Assembly: GCA_044222185.1 (NCBI GenBank)
Contig: JBGANV010000001.1
Span: 1,472,001-1,536,000 of the forward strand
Length of the DNA: 64,000 nt
Direction: 5' to 3'
From: Planctomycetota bacterium
GTDB taxonomy: Bacteria; Planctomycetota; GCA-002687715; CAIWVZ01
A model generated the notes under the pieces. The model was not told where the DNA came from. It did no database searches and worked only from the letters and a program-made list of their open reading frames with translations. Position 1 is the stretch's first letter; each line of letters begins with the position of its first letter. Both the position numbers and the translations under genes were made by a program. This document shows positions 32,077 to 41,881 of the stretch, one piece after another.

Positions 32077-33908
32077 TGAAGCCCATGTCTCTGGTCGTCG
32101 TGGCCGCCTTGTGCGCGATCGCCGGTGCGCAGGACGCGACGCAGTCGGCCCACATGACGATCGACGTCACGCGGCTACGTGGCATCCCCGTTCTCTCCGA
32201 CGGGCGCTACAAGCCGCTCGACGCGCACGCACGCCAGGCCGTCCGATCGATCTGCGGCACCGAGTCCCCGAAGCGCCTCACACCGGACCAGAAGGAGCAG
32301 GGCATCGACCCGCTCGTGCTCTTCCTCCAATGGGCGTTCGACCCGACGACCGAACGGACCGTTCGGCAGATCGCCGTGCCGGACGCCAAGATCCGCAAGC
32401 TCATCACGCCGGGTCGCAACGAAAAGGACACGCTGTACAGCTACGACGAGCTCTCGTTGAACGAGACGCTCGCGAAGGAGATGACTCGGATCGCAGGGCT
32501 CAGCCAGGAGGCGCGAAAGACGATCGACAACGACATCGCGCTGGTGATGTCCCGCGTGAACCAGTTCGGACTCCACTCCGGTGCTGCGCCGGATTGGGCC
32601 ACGGTCGCGGAGGACTTGCGCGGCGGCGCCCCCATCGTCCCGAACCCCGAAGCCCCGAAGGAGAACATCGAGTACCGATGGGGTTACGTCGGGACGGCTG
32701 AGCGGTTCGGCTATCCACCGGAGAAGGCTGGCGCGGTCACGGACGCTTGGAGGGCAGTGAAGCGCGCGTTCCTCGTCAACGACCAGGCCGCTCTCGACGC
32801 CGCCGCCGACAAACTTTCGACGGCCCTCGGAGCGCTGAATGCCCCTCGGACGTACGACCCTGCAAAAATCTCGCTGGAAGTCACCTACTGGCTCGCGGGA
32901 CGCCTCGCCAAGGCGCGTGGACTGCTCCTCGCCGCATTCTTCATCAGCGTCGTCTTTCTGTTCGTGAAGAACCGCTGGGTCGGCTTGCTGTCGGCGGCGC
33001 TCGCAGCGACGGGCCTCGTCTACCACGTCATCGATTCCGTGCAGCGAACCACGCTCTCAGGGCAGGCGCTCATCGGCAATCTCTACGAGTCGCTCGTGTT
33101 CATCGGAGGAATCGCCTCGGTGGCGGCACTCGTGTTCGAGATCAAGTTCCGATCCGGCTGGTTCCTCATGGTCGGGACGCTGCTGAGCGTCGTGGCGCTG
33201 TCGATCGCATTGGAATTCCCCCTCGATCTCGACCCCGGGATCCGTGGTCTGAAGCCGGTACTCATCAACAATTTCTGGATCCACATCCACGTCCCGACGA
33301 TGATGGCGTCCTACGCGACGTTGCTCCTCGCCACGTTGATGGCGAACGCCTGGCTCGTCATGCGCTTGTTCCGGTCCGAGAACCACCCGGCGATGAAGGC
33401 GCTCGCCTCGTTCTGCTACTGGATCCTCCCCCCGGGCGTGATCCTGCTTTTCGCCGGCATCATTCTCGGTGGGATCTGGGCGGACGCGTCCTGGGGACGA
33501 TTCTGGGGCTTCGACCCGAAGGAGAACGCCGCACTCGCGACGTGGCTCGTGTTCCTGGTCGTCGTCCACGCGCGATGGACCGGGTGGCTCCGCGACTTCG
33601 GCACGTCCATGGGCTGCGTCGCTGGCGGCCTCGCCATCGTCTACACCTACTACGGCGTCAACTTCTTGAAGAAGGGCTTGCACTCCTACGCGGGGGCCGC
33701 GAACGAATCCGCGGATCTCTCGAGCATCCCCAAGCCGCTCTGGATCTACCTCGGCGTGCAGCTGCTCATCGTGATCCTCGCCTCGATCAGGCGTGCGTCC
33801 ACCCGCACGATGGTCGTCGGCACCGACCGCAGCCATGACGAGGACATCGAAACGACCGTCGCCGAATCGCCCAAAACCGTATCGGAGCGCCTGGCACGTC
33901 CGTCCTGA
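32076..33908 (+). CDS. ccsA: cytochrome c biogenesis protein CcsA/ResC
   Basis: GRYKPLD, NLYESL, WIHIHV, WADASWGRFWGFDPKE (WWD domain), GLHSYA. Confidence 0.93.
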   Translation: MKPMSLVVVAALCAIAGAQDATQSAHMTIDVTRLRGIPVLSDGRYKPLDAHARQAVRSICGTESPKRLTPDQKEQGIDPLVLFLQWAFDPTTERTVRQIAVPDAKIRKLITPGRNEKDTLYSYDELSLNETLAKEMTRIAGLSQEARKTIDNDIALVMSRVNQFGLHSGAAPDWATVAEDLRGGAPIVPNPEAPKENIEYRWGYVGTAERFGYPPEKAGAVTDAWRAVKRAFLVNDQAALDAAADKLSTALGALNAPRTYDPAKISLEVTYWLAGRLAKARGLLLAAFFISVVFLFVKNRWVGLLSAALAATGLVYHVIDSVQRTTLSGQALIGNLYESLVFIGGIASVAALVFEIKFRSGWFLMVGTLLSVVALSIALEFPLDLDPGIRGLKPVLINNFWIHIHVPTMMASYATLLLATLMANAWLVMRLFRSENHPAMKALASFCYWILPPGVILLFAGIILGGIWADASWGRFWGFDPKENAALATWLVFLVVVHARWTGWLRDFGTSMGCVAGGLAIVYTYYGVNFLKKGLHSYAGAANESADLSSIPKPLWIYLGVQLLIVILASIRRASTRTMVVGTDRSHDEDIETTVAESPKTVSERLARPS

Positions 33909-33961
33909 TCCGCTTCGGACGTGCGGCTGACGGTTGTCGGAACCGCCGCATCCGACCATCC

Positions 33962-33989
33962 TTGACACGCGCGCGATCGCGCAGAGGAT
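33962..33989 (+). promoter_or_regulatory. sigma70-type promoter of folE
   Basis: TTGACA-N16-GAGGAT. Confidence 0.45.
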
Positions 33990-34029
33990 CGCGCTCGCTC
34001 CGCCACTGCGTTGGACCCGAGGAACCCCG

Positions 34030-34605
34030 ATGAATCCGCCCGAAATCGATACCGAGCTCGCTGCGACCGTCGAGAGGCAGCTACGCCTCATCGGCGAAGA
34101 CCCGACGCGAGAGGGCCTTCAGCGCACGCCGGCTCGTGTGGCACGCGCCCTCCAGTTCCTCACGTCAGGCTACAAGCTCGACATCGGCAAGCTCGTGAAT
34201 CAGGCGGTGTTCCAGGAGGACACGCAGGAGATGATCCTCGTGCGGGACATCGAGCTCTACAGCCTTTGCGAGCATCACGTGCTGCCATTCTTCGGGAAGG
34301 CGCACGTCGCCTACATTCCGAACGGCCGCATCATCGGGTTGTCGAAGATCCCGCGCCTCGTCGACGCGTTCGCACGACGCCTCCAGGTCCAGGAGCGGCT
34401 GACCGAACAGATCGCCGCCGCGCTCGAGTGCGCGCTCCAACCCCGTGGCGTGGGCGTGATCGTCGAGGCACGCCACCTCTGCATGATGATGCGCGGTGTC
34501 GAGAAACAGAATTCGTCCGCAACCACGAGCGCCATGCTCGGTCTCTTTCGGACGGATTCGAAAACCCGCGCCGAGTTCCTCGACCTGGTACGCGGCCGTG
34601 GATGA
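34030..34605 (+). CDS. folE: GTP cyclohydrolase I
   Basis: [37 protein letters not shown]. Confidence 0.97.
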   Translation: MNPPEIDTELAATVERQLRLIGEDPTREGLQRTPARVARALQFLTSGYKLDIGKLVNQAVFQEDTQEMILVRDIELYSLCEHHVLPFFGKAHVAYIPNGRIIGLSKIPRLVDAFARRLQVQERLTEQIAAALECALQPRGVGVIVEARHLCMMMRGVEKQNSSATTSAMLGLFRTDSKTRAEFLDLVRGRG

Positions 34606-34621
34606 TCTCCCCGATCGCGCC

Positions 34622-35026
34622 ATGGAGAAGTTCAACGTGACGACCGAGATCGTCACGCTGGAGGAAGCACGCCGCCGCCTGCCACGCGTCCGGGCGCATG
34701 CCCGCCAGATCATGGGCATCGTCGAGGAGGCGGCCTCGATCCAGCGATCGTTATCGGCGCTGGATGCGGCGGACGCGTCGCCAGATGCCCGCGCGGGTTA
34801 CGAGTCACGGCTCAAGGAGCTCGAACGCGCGATGATCGACGCCGTGCGCAGCCTGAACGACCTCGGGGGCTACTTGAAGGACGCATCGACGGGGTTGCTC
34901 GACTTCTACGCGTGGCGGAACGACGAGCTCGTGTTCCTGTGCTGGCAACACGGTGAGGACGAGATCCGATACTGGCACGGACTCGACGAGGGCTATCAGT
35001 CCCGCAAACCGCTGGACGACGCATGA
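34622..35026 (+). CDS. DUF2203 family protein
   Basis: TLEEARRRLP...LKD...GLLDF...VFLCWQHGE..I.YWH..DEGY..RKPL. Confidence 0.88.
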   Translation: MEKFNVTTEIVTLEEARRRLPRVRAHARQIMGIVEEAASIQRSLSALDAADASPDARAGYESRLKELERAMIDAVRSLNDLGGYLKDASTGLLDFYAWRNDELVFLCWQHGEDEIRYWHGLDEGYQSRKPLDDA

Positions 35027-35775
35027 ATCGAGCCCCCGCACGAAGCCACGAACGCCGCCAATCCAAGGCCGCTCCGGCGAAGACGTCGAAAGCCCCGGCC
35101 AATGGAGAGACCAGGGTGCGGAAACCGCCGCCTGCGACCGACCGGATGCCGGCAATCCTCGCCCGCCTCGGCGAGGCATACGGTGAAAGCACTTGCAGCC
35201 TGACGCACCGCAGCCCGTTCGAGCTTCTCGTCGCCACGATCCTGTCGGCGCAGTGCACGGACGCTCGCGTCAACATGGTGACCCCCGTACTGTTCGCCCG
35301 ATGTCCGGATCCGGCCGCGCTCGACGCCATTCCGATCGAGGAATTGGAGTCGATCATCAAGTCCACGGGCTTCTTCCACAACAAGGCGAGATCCCTGAAG
35401 GGCGCCGCGCACACGCTCGTCACCGAGTTCGGCGGGAACGTCCCAAAGACGATGGAAGAGCTGCTGCGGCTTCCCGGCGTGGCAAGAAAAACGGCCAATG
35501 TGGTGCTCGGAACGGGCTTCGGAATCGCTTCGGGCGTGGTCGTCGACACGCACGTCGGGAGGATCTCGGGCCGGCTTGGATTCACGCGCCACGAGGACCC
35601 GAAGAAGATCGAACAGGATCTCCTCCGACTCGTTCCCAGGTCCCACTGGATCAGCTTCTCGCACCAACTGATCGACCACGGCCGCGCCGTGTGCATGGCG
35701 CGATCACCGGCCTGCGACCGATGCTTCCTCCTGGCGGACTGTCCCTACGGACGGGCGCGCACGAAGAAACCATGA
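35023..35775 (+). CDS. nth: endonuclease III
   Basis: LSAQCTD, HhH LPGVARKTANVV, VDTH, C-x6-C-x2-C-x5-C Fe-S motif; true start may lie further downstream. Confidence 0.96.
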   Translation: MNRAPARSHERRQSKAAPAKTSKAPANGETRVRKPPPATDRMPAILARLGEAYGESTCSLTHRSPFELLVATILSAQCTDARVNMVTPVLFARCPDPAALDAIPIEELESIIKSTGFFHNKARSLKGAAHTLVTEFGGNVPKTMEELLRLPGVARKTANVVLGTGFGIASGVVVDTHVGRISGRLGFTRHEDPKKIEQDLLRLVPRSHWISFSHQLIDHGRAVCMARSPACDRCFLLADCPYGRARTKKP

Positions 35776-35856
35776 CGTAGGTTCCGGGTTTCGGAGAGAA
35801 CCGGACCAAACGTTCATCCCAGGCGTCTCCCCTGACGGCAATGCCAGGAGACTCGG

Positions 35857-36252
35857 ATGAACACTTTCAGCGTCGTGGTCGTGGCTTCTCTACTCTTCGC
35901 GTTCCCCGCGAGTGCGCCGGCTCAGGGGTCGGACGTCGACGTTTCGAAGGACGTCGCGCAGCGATTCGTCAAGACGAAGGGCGCCTCTCTCGTGGGCAGA
36001 CACATCCACTGGCACGTCCCGGCAAGGGCCCTGTCTGACGCCAAGAAGGCCCGGGGCGGCCAGTTGCTTTTCGTGTCGCAGGGGATCGGGATCATCGTCG
36101 CGCAGTACTCATCGTCGCTCGAGGAAGTCCGGCGTCGGGGAGGCGCAGCCTGTGTGCGGGGTCAGGTGGTCATGGTCCCGCCCAAGGAACGCACTCCTGG
36201 CGACCCTGAACACGTCGTCGTCGTGACGACGCTGTCACATCGCAAACACTGA
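35857..36252 (+). CDS. hypothetical exported protein
   Basis: Signal peptide ending APA-Q; SD GGAG. Confidence 0.7.
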   Translation: MNTFSVVVVASLLFAFPASAPAQGSDVDVSKDVAQRFVKTKGASLVGRHIHWHVPARALSDAKKARGGQLLFVSQGIGIIVAQYSSSLEEVRRRGGAACVRGQVVMVPPKERTPGDPEHVVVVTTLSHRKH

Positions 36253-36288
36253 ATCGCGGTGGCGTCGGCGCTGGACCGCCTGCTCCAG

Positions 36289-36445
36289 AAAAGGCGCGAG
36301 ACCGCCCGCACCTTGCGGCGCGAGCGGCCTCGTCGTGGGCCCGGGGGCTACGCCCCTCCAACACGGAGGAGGATTGGCGCCGACGAACTCGATGGAGCGA
36401 ACCTTGTATCGTCGGCGACCGGTCAACCGTCTCCCAACCGGACAC
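36289..36445 (-). ncRNA. candidate sigma54-dependent small RNA (~155 nt)
   Basis: Downstream of the sigma54 promoter; 9-bp stem 36378-36417, CU-rich segment, 15-16-bp GCAA-capped stem 36298-36331, then TTTT; no credible ORF. Confidence 0.6.
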
Positions 36446-36454
36446 GATCCCCTA

Positions 36455-36472
36455 TTGCATGGGGCGTGCCAA
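36455..36472 (-). promoter_or_regulatory. sigma54 (-24/-12) promoter
   Basis: Minus strand TTGGCACGCCCCATGCAA, exact GG-N10-GC spacing, one mismatch to TGGCACG-N4-TTGCW. Confidence 0.75.
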
Positions 36473-36612
36473 ACGCAGCACGGGCCGAACGACGGCGAAA
36501 AACGGGTGTTTTTCCGCGCGACCATCGCAGTGGACCGGCGCCGATCACGCCGAGGACGACGCGGTGAATGTCCCGTGAAGAGGACGCTCCACGTCCACGC
36601 CGAAGGTCGGAT

Positions 36613-37992
36613 TCAGACCTCCCGATCGAGGGGCAACCGGTCGACTTCAGGAAACCGGGCAAGCGCGTCGGTCAGAACGTCGCGTGCCCGAAGCAGGGCC
36701 GCGCGGTCAGCGGCCTCGAACCTGACCGTGAGGTTGGGAGTCGTATTGCTGGCACGGACGAGGAACCAGCCCCCGTCCACGCGCACCCGCGCGCCGTCGA
36801 TCGCTACGACGGGATATCGCGCGGCAAACTGGGACCTGAGTGCATCCACGACGGCGAACTTCCGTGCATCGGGGCACGGAACCTTGATCTCCGCCGTGGA
36901 CACGAGGTCGGGGATCCCGGAGAGCAGCCCGCTCGCCGGGCCGCCCGACTCGTCCATGAGCTTCAGGAACGACAACGCCGCGTAGAGCGAGTCGTCGATG
37001 GGGACGTAACCGCGGTTGAAGACGAGGTGACCGGAAAGCTCACCACCGAAGATCGCGTCCTCGGTCTTGATGTCGCGCTTCAGTAGCGAGTGCCCCGTCA
37101 CGCCCATCAGTGGCACGCCGCCGTGAGCCCGGATGTCGGACTCGAGGAAGTCGCTGCACTTCACGTCGTACCGGATCTTCCCCCCACCATGGCGTCGCAG
37201 GAGGTCGCGCGCGAACACGACGATGAGGTGATCGGCGGGAATCTTCCGGCCGCGCTCGTCGATCACCCCGACGCGGTCGCCGTCGCCGTCGAATCCGAGC
37301 CCGAGGTCGGCATGCTCCGTGAGGACTCGCTGCCGCATCACCTCCATGTAGGCCGGGACCTCGGGGTCCGGGATGTGGTTGGGGAAGTCTCCATCCGGCT
37401 CGCAGTAGAGCGCCGTGACGTCGACGCCGAGCTGCTTCATCGCCTCGAGCACGACGGGACCCATGACGCCGTTGCCGCAGTCGACGACGATGCGAAACCT
37501 CCGGCGGAACCGGAACCGCGGCAGAAGATCTGCGAAGTACTCGGCGAGGTACGCGCGCTGGCTGACGCGGCCCGGCCCGGACGCGAAGGCGCCACGCATG
37601 GCTTCGTCGCGCAACGATCGGATGCCGTCCCCCCAAACGCTGTCGGCACCCGCGCAGACCTTGAGCCCGTTGTCCGATTTCGGGTTGTGGCTCCCGGTCA
37701 CCATGATCCCGCCGCCGAGCGCCAGTCGATGGAGCGCGTGATAGAGGACCGGCGTCGGAACGACTCCCAGGTCGTGCACGTGAAGCCCGGTCGCCCGGAG
37801 GCCCTCCATTGCGGCTGCCGCCAGCGCCGGCGACGAATGCCGGACATCCCGCCCGACGGCGACCGTGGAGCCTTGGGCGTTGCGGATCCGCGTGCCGAGC
37901 GCGGCGCCGACGCCGCGCGCGACCTCGGGACTCAGGACTTCGGGAGCGCGTCCGCGGATGTCGTATTCACGAAAGATGGCCGGGTCGTACAT
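36613..37992 (-). CDS. phosphomannomutase/phosphoglucomutase (alpha-D-phosphohexomutase)
   Basis: IFREYDIRG, TGSHNP, FDGDGDR, GELSGH, VRASNT. Confidence 0.95.
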   Translation of the reverse strand: MYDPAIFREYDIRGRAPEVLSPEVARGVGAALGTRIRNAQGSTVAVGRDVRHSSPALAAAAMEGLRATGLHVHDLGVVPTPVLYHALHRLALGGGIMVTGSHNPKSDNGLKVCAGADSVWGDGIRSLRDEAMRGAFASGPGRVSQRAYLAEYFADLLPRFRFRRRFRIVVDCGNGVMGPVVLEAMKQLGVDVTALYCEPDGDFPNHIPDPEVPAYMEVMRQRVLTEHADLGLGFDGDGDRVGVIDERGRKIPADHLIVVFARDLLRRHGGGKIRYDVKCSDFLESDIRAHGGVPLMGVTGHSLLKRDIKTEDAIFGGELSGHLVFNRGYVPIDDSLYAALSFLKLMDESGGPASGLLSGIPDLVSTAEIKVPCPDARKFAVVDALRSQFAARYPVVAIDGARVRVDGGWFLVRASNTTPNLTVRFEAADRAALLRARDVLTDALARFPEVDRLPLDREV

Positions 37993-38096
37993 GCGGCCAT
38001 GGTACGGAGGCAGCGTTCATCCGTCGATTGCCCATGCCGATCTCCCCCGGCTACACTCCGGCCCACCACGTCGAGCAACGGACGCGGTCACAACCC

Positions 38097-39734
38097 ATGA
38101 TGCAAGCCTGCTTGAACCTCCGATCGGGTGTGCGCCAGACCCGGCCGCTCGCCCGAGCTCTCGGCCGATTCACACAGGGGTTGGCGCTCGCGATGGGCCT
38201 CGCGCTCGCGCTCGTCGGGCAGGAGAGCCGCCCGGCCACCGTGTCCCTCGTGATCCTTCACACGAACGACGTCCATGGGCAGCTCCACTCCGTGCCCGAC
38301 TCGAGGGGACGCGGGGCGGACCGAGGCCCCATGGGGGGGTACCAGGAGCTCGTCACCGCGATCGACGAGGAACGGTCCAAGGTCGCACACAGCGTGCTCG
38401 TGGACGCAGGTGATTGGTTCCAAGGCACTCCCGAGGGAACGCTCAGCCGGGGACGCTGCGCCGTCGAACTGATGAACGCGGCCGGGTATGACTTCGCGGC
38501 GATCGGAAACCACGACTTCGACTGCGGGCAGGACAACCTCGCCGACCTTCTCGAGCTGGCTCGTTTCCGGCCGTTCGCGCGCAACCTCTCGGTTGGGGGC
38601 GCTGCCGGCGACACGCCATCCCCCGCGACGCGACTGGGGGCGGTGCTCGACGGCAGAGTGCTCACTCCCCAACCGGTCGTGGTCGTCGACGGCTTCCGCG
38701 TCGCGTTCGACGGCCTGCTGTCGGAGGAGACGCCGCGCATCAGCTCGAAACGGGTGATGGAAGGACTCGGCGTCGGCGCTGAATCGGACGGCGCGACGCG
38801 CGCGGTGCTGATGACGAAGGGCGCCGGCAAGGCCGACGCCCTCGTCCTCGTCAATCACGTCGGCAAGGACAACAACGTCCAGATTGCGCGCGACCATCCC
38901 GAGATCGACGTCGTGATCGGCGGGCACAACCATCGAGACGTGCTCGAGTCGGGCGTCGTCGTCGAGAGCACGGGCGCACTCATCGCGCAGGCGGCAGCGA
39001 ATTCGCAGGCCCTGGGCATCGTGACGCTCGAGATCGACCCCGTCGCGAAGAAGATCGTCTCGAAGAAGGCCCGTCTCCGACACATCGCGGCGAACCCGGC
39101 CGTGGTGGTCCCCCGGATCGCTCCGATCATCGAGCGACACGAAAAGGCCGTCGCAGCGCTCATGGACGTTCCCGTGGCGAACGTGCCGGTCGCGTTGACG
39201 CGCGAGTGGACGCTCGAGAAACCCTCCCCGCTGGCGAGTTGGATGACGCAGGTCATGATCGACCGCACTCACGCCGACGTCGCGATCCACAACGCCGGTG
39301 GCATCCGCGCCGCGATCCCAGCCGGCGCCGCCCGCGTCCGGGAGCTGTTCCAGGTTTCGCCGTTCGGCAACCGCCTCGTCGTGATCGACGTCACGGCGAA
39401 GGACGTCCGTGAGGTTTGCGAGCGGAGTGCCAGGAACCCGTCGCGAGGGTGCCACATCCGCGGCATCGAGGTTCACTGGACGCAGACCGGCGAGGGTCCC
39501 GTACAGGTCACGAAGCTCGTGAGCAAAGGGAAGGTGCTATCCGACGGAGATCGCCTCCGCGTCGCGACGACGGACTTCCTCGCTGGCGGCGCCGACAACT
39601 TCCCGAGCTTGCGGAGCGCGGCCCCGGTCGAAGACCTGGGGATCACGCTCCTCGACGCGACGCTCGAGGCGGCGCGCTCACAAAAGACCGTCACCGCCCC
39701 GGACGGAAACGCCTGGGTCCGCGATACGAACTGA
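38097..39734 (+). CDS. exported 5'-nucleotidase (bifunctional metallophosphatase, UshA-like)
   Basis: LHTNDVHG, DAGD, GNHDFD, GGHNH, NAGGIR, PFGN, DFLAGGAD; signal-like segment; start uncertain. Confidence 0.92.
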   Translation: MMQACLNLRSGVRQTRPLARALGRFTQGLALAMGLALALVGQESRPATVSLVILHTNDVHGQLHSVPDSRGRGADRGPMGGYQELVTAIDEERSKVAHSVLVDAGDWFQGTPEGTLSRGRCAVELMNAAGYDFAAIGNHDFDCGQDNLADLLELARFRPFARNLSVGGAAGDTPSPATRLGAVLDGRVLTPQPVVVVDGFRVAFDGLLSEETPRISSKRVMEGLGVGAESDGATRAVLMTKGAGKADALVLVNHVGKDNNVQIARDHPEIDVVIGGHNHRDVLESGVVVESTGALIAQAAANSQALGIVTLEIDPVAKKIVSKKARLRHIAANPAVVVPRIAPIIERHEKAVAALMDVPVANVPVALTREWTLEKPSPLASWMTQVMIDRTHADVAIHNAGGIRAAIPAGAARVRELFQVSPFGNRLVVIDVTAKDVREVCERSARNPSRGCHIRGIEVHWTQTGEGPVQVTKLVSKGKVLSDGDRLRVATTDFLAGGADNFPSLRSAAPVEDLGITLLDATLEAARSQKTVTAPDGNAWVRDTN

Positions 39735-39748
39735 TCGGACGATTTCGC

Positions 39749-41029
39749 ATGGAACGAGTTCAGAGCGCGTTCGGCGTGTTCGCGATGATGGGGTTCGCCT
39801 GGCTGCTTTGCCCCGCCGACCGCCGCAAGCACGTGAATTGGCGGATGGTCGGCACGGGACTCCTGATCCTGATCGGGGTCGCGCTTCTCGTGCTCAAGAC
39901 GCCCGTGCGCAACGGCTTCAGCGGGGCCAGCGATGCCGTCGACACGTTGCTCCAATTCAGTGACGCGGGCGCCCAGTTCCTCTTCGGAAGCCTGGCGAAG
40001 ATCCAGGAACCCTGGGGAATGGTCTTCGCGTTCCGGGTACTTCCCACGATCATCTTCTTCGCGGCGCTGATGTCCCTCCTCTACTACGTCGGGTTGATGC
40101 CGCTCATCATCCGCGTCCTGGGCCGCATCCTCGCGAAGGTCCTGGGGACCAGCGGCGCCGAGAGCTTCTCCACCGTGGCCGACATCTTCGTCGGTCAAAC
40201 GGAGGCGCCCCTTGCGATCCGCCCCTACATCGCGACGCTCACGCAGTCCGAACTCCTCGCCTGCATGGTCGCTGGATTCGCGACCACGGCCGGGGGCGTG
40301 CTTGCGGCCTACGTGCAGATGCTCCACGACCTCGTCCCGGACGTCGCGGGGCACTTCATCGCGTGCAGCGTAATGTGCGCGCCCGCATCCCTCGTCGTGG
40401 CGAAACTCGCCATGCCGGAGACGGACAAGCCCAAGACGTCCGGAATGACCCAGATCACCGTCCCGCGCTCCGGCTCGAACGTCTTCGACGCGATCGCAGC
40501 CGGAACGACGGACGGCCTCCAGCTCGCGCTGAACGTCGGCGCGATGCTCATCGCGTTCGCGGCTCTCGTCGCCCTCCTCAACGCGCTCCTCGGCTGGATA
40601 GGCGGTCTGCTCACGACGTGGACGCATGGCGCGATCCCCTTCGGACCGGAACACCCCCTGGACCTCCAGACCGTGTTCGGTTGGATCTTCTACCCGATCG
40701 CATGGCTCCTCGGCGTCGACGGGAAGGACGCCTTCAAGGTCGCGGGGCTCCTCGGTGAAAAGACGGCCATGACGGAGTTCATGGCGTACCAGCGCATGAG
40801 TCTCGCGCTGAAGGCCGACCCCGCGTGGATCTCCGAGCGGTCGCGACTCGTGGCGTCCTATGCGCTGTGCGGGTTCGCGAATTTCGCCAGCATCGGCATC
40901 CAGATCGGCGGGTATGCCGCGCTGGCTCCCGAACGGCGAAGCGACCTTTCTCGCCTCGCGTTCCGCGCCATGATCGGCGGCTTCCTCGCCACGTGCATGG
41001 TGGCGTGTCTTGCCGGAGTCTTCCTGTGA
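39749..41029 (+). CDS. nupC: concentrative nucleoside transporter (CNT/NupC)
   Basis: FAFRVLPTIIFF, FVGQTEAPL, GFAT, YALCGFANFASIGIQIG. Confidence 0.95.
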   Translation: MERVQSAFGVFAMMGFAWLLCPADRRKHVNWRMVGTGLLILIGVALLVLKTPVRNGFSGASDAVDTLLQFSDAGAQFLFGSLAKIQEPWGMVFAFRVLPTIIFFAALMSLLYYVGLMPLIIRVLGRILAKVLGTSGAESFSTVADIFVGQTEAPLAIRPYIATLTQSELLACMVAGFATTAGGVLAAYVQMLHDLVPDVAGHFIACSVMCAPASLVVAKLAMPETDKPKTSGMTQITVPRSGSNVFDAIAAGTTDGLQLALNVGAMLIAFAALVALLNALLGWIGGLLTTWTHGAIPFGPEHPLDLQTVFGWIFYPIAWLLGVDGKDAFKVAGLLGEKTAMTEFMAYQRMSLALKADPAWISERSRLVASYALCGFANFASIGIQIGGYAALAPERRSDLSRLAFRAMIGGFLATCMVACLAGVFL

Positions 41030-41850
41030 ACCCAGCCCTTCGCGCCGTCATCGCCGTCGCTCGCCAGCTCCACGAAGAGTCCCACGCTCCCGCTCCGCGC
41101 GTGGGGTTCATCCTCGGCTCGGGCCTCGGCGGCCTGGCGGATCGGATCGAATCCAAGACCGTCGTATCGACGAAGAAGCTCCCCGGGTTCCCACAAAGCA
41201 CGACGCCTGGCCACGAGGGCAGTCTGATCTTCGGAATGCTGAACGGCGTTTCCGTCGCGGCGCTCAAAGGGCGAATCCACGTCTACGAGGGGCACTCTCT
41301 CGCAACCGCATCGCTCACGGCGCGAGCGCTGTGCGGTCTGGGCATCAGGACGCTCGTCGTCACCAACGCCGCGGGGGCCCTCCATGCCGACTGGCGTCCT
41401 GGCGAAGTCATGCTGATCCGGGACCATCTGAACCTGCTCGGCGGCTCGCCCCTCGAAGGCGCGAACGACGATGGCCTCGGCGCACGCTTCGTCGACATGT
41501 CGGCGTGTTACCCGCCGGCGCTCCGTGCGATCGCGAAGCAGCACGCGAGGGCCTGTGCGATCACGATGCACGAAGGTGTCTATGCCGCCGTGCGCGGACC
41601 GCAGTACGAGACACCGGCCGAGATCCGCATGCTCGGGCTGCTCGGTGCCGACACCGTCGGCATGTCGACCGTTCCGGAGGTCATCGTTGCCGCGCACATG
41701 GGTGTGCAGGTCCTGGGCCTCTCGGTCGTCACGAACGTCGCCGCCGGCCTCACGACAGCCAAGATCCACCACGAGGAAGTGATCGACACCGGCAACAAGG
41801 TGGCCTCGGGTCTCTCGGACCTCATGCATCGGATCGTGCCGGAACTCTGA
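41026..41850 (+). CDS. punA: purine nucleoside phosphorylase (trimeric type)
   Basis: ILGSGLG, GRIHVYEG, TNAAG, GPQYETPAE, VGMSTVPE, VTN; GTG start overlaps the nupC stop. Confidence 0.95.
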   Translation: MNPALRAVIAVARQLHEESHAPAPRVGFILGSGLGGLADRIESKTVVSTKKLPGFPQSTTPGHEGSLIFGMLNGVSVAALKGRIHVYEGHSLATASLTARALCGLGIRTLVVTNAAGALHADWRPGEVMLIRDHLNLLGGSPLEGANDDGLGARFVDMSACYPPALRAIAKQHARACAITMHEGVYAAVRGPQYETPAEIRMLGLLGADTVGMSTVPEVIVAAHMGVQVLGLSVVTNVAAGLTTAKIHHEEVIDTGNKVASGLSDLMHRIVPEL

Positions 41851-41881
41851 GAGGCTCACGGCCTCGCGAAGGACCCGCCCC

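Noticed and set aside
36170-36445. 91-aa ORF downstream of the sigma54 promoter
   Set aside because: Arg/Ser-rich, runs through the strong hairpin and overlaps the convergent gene; an sRNA explains the region better.
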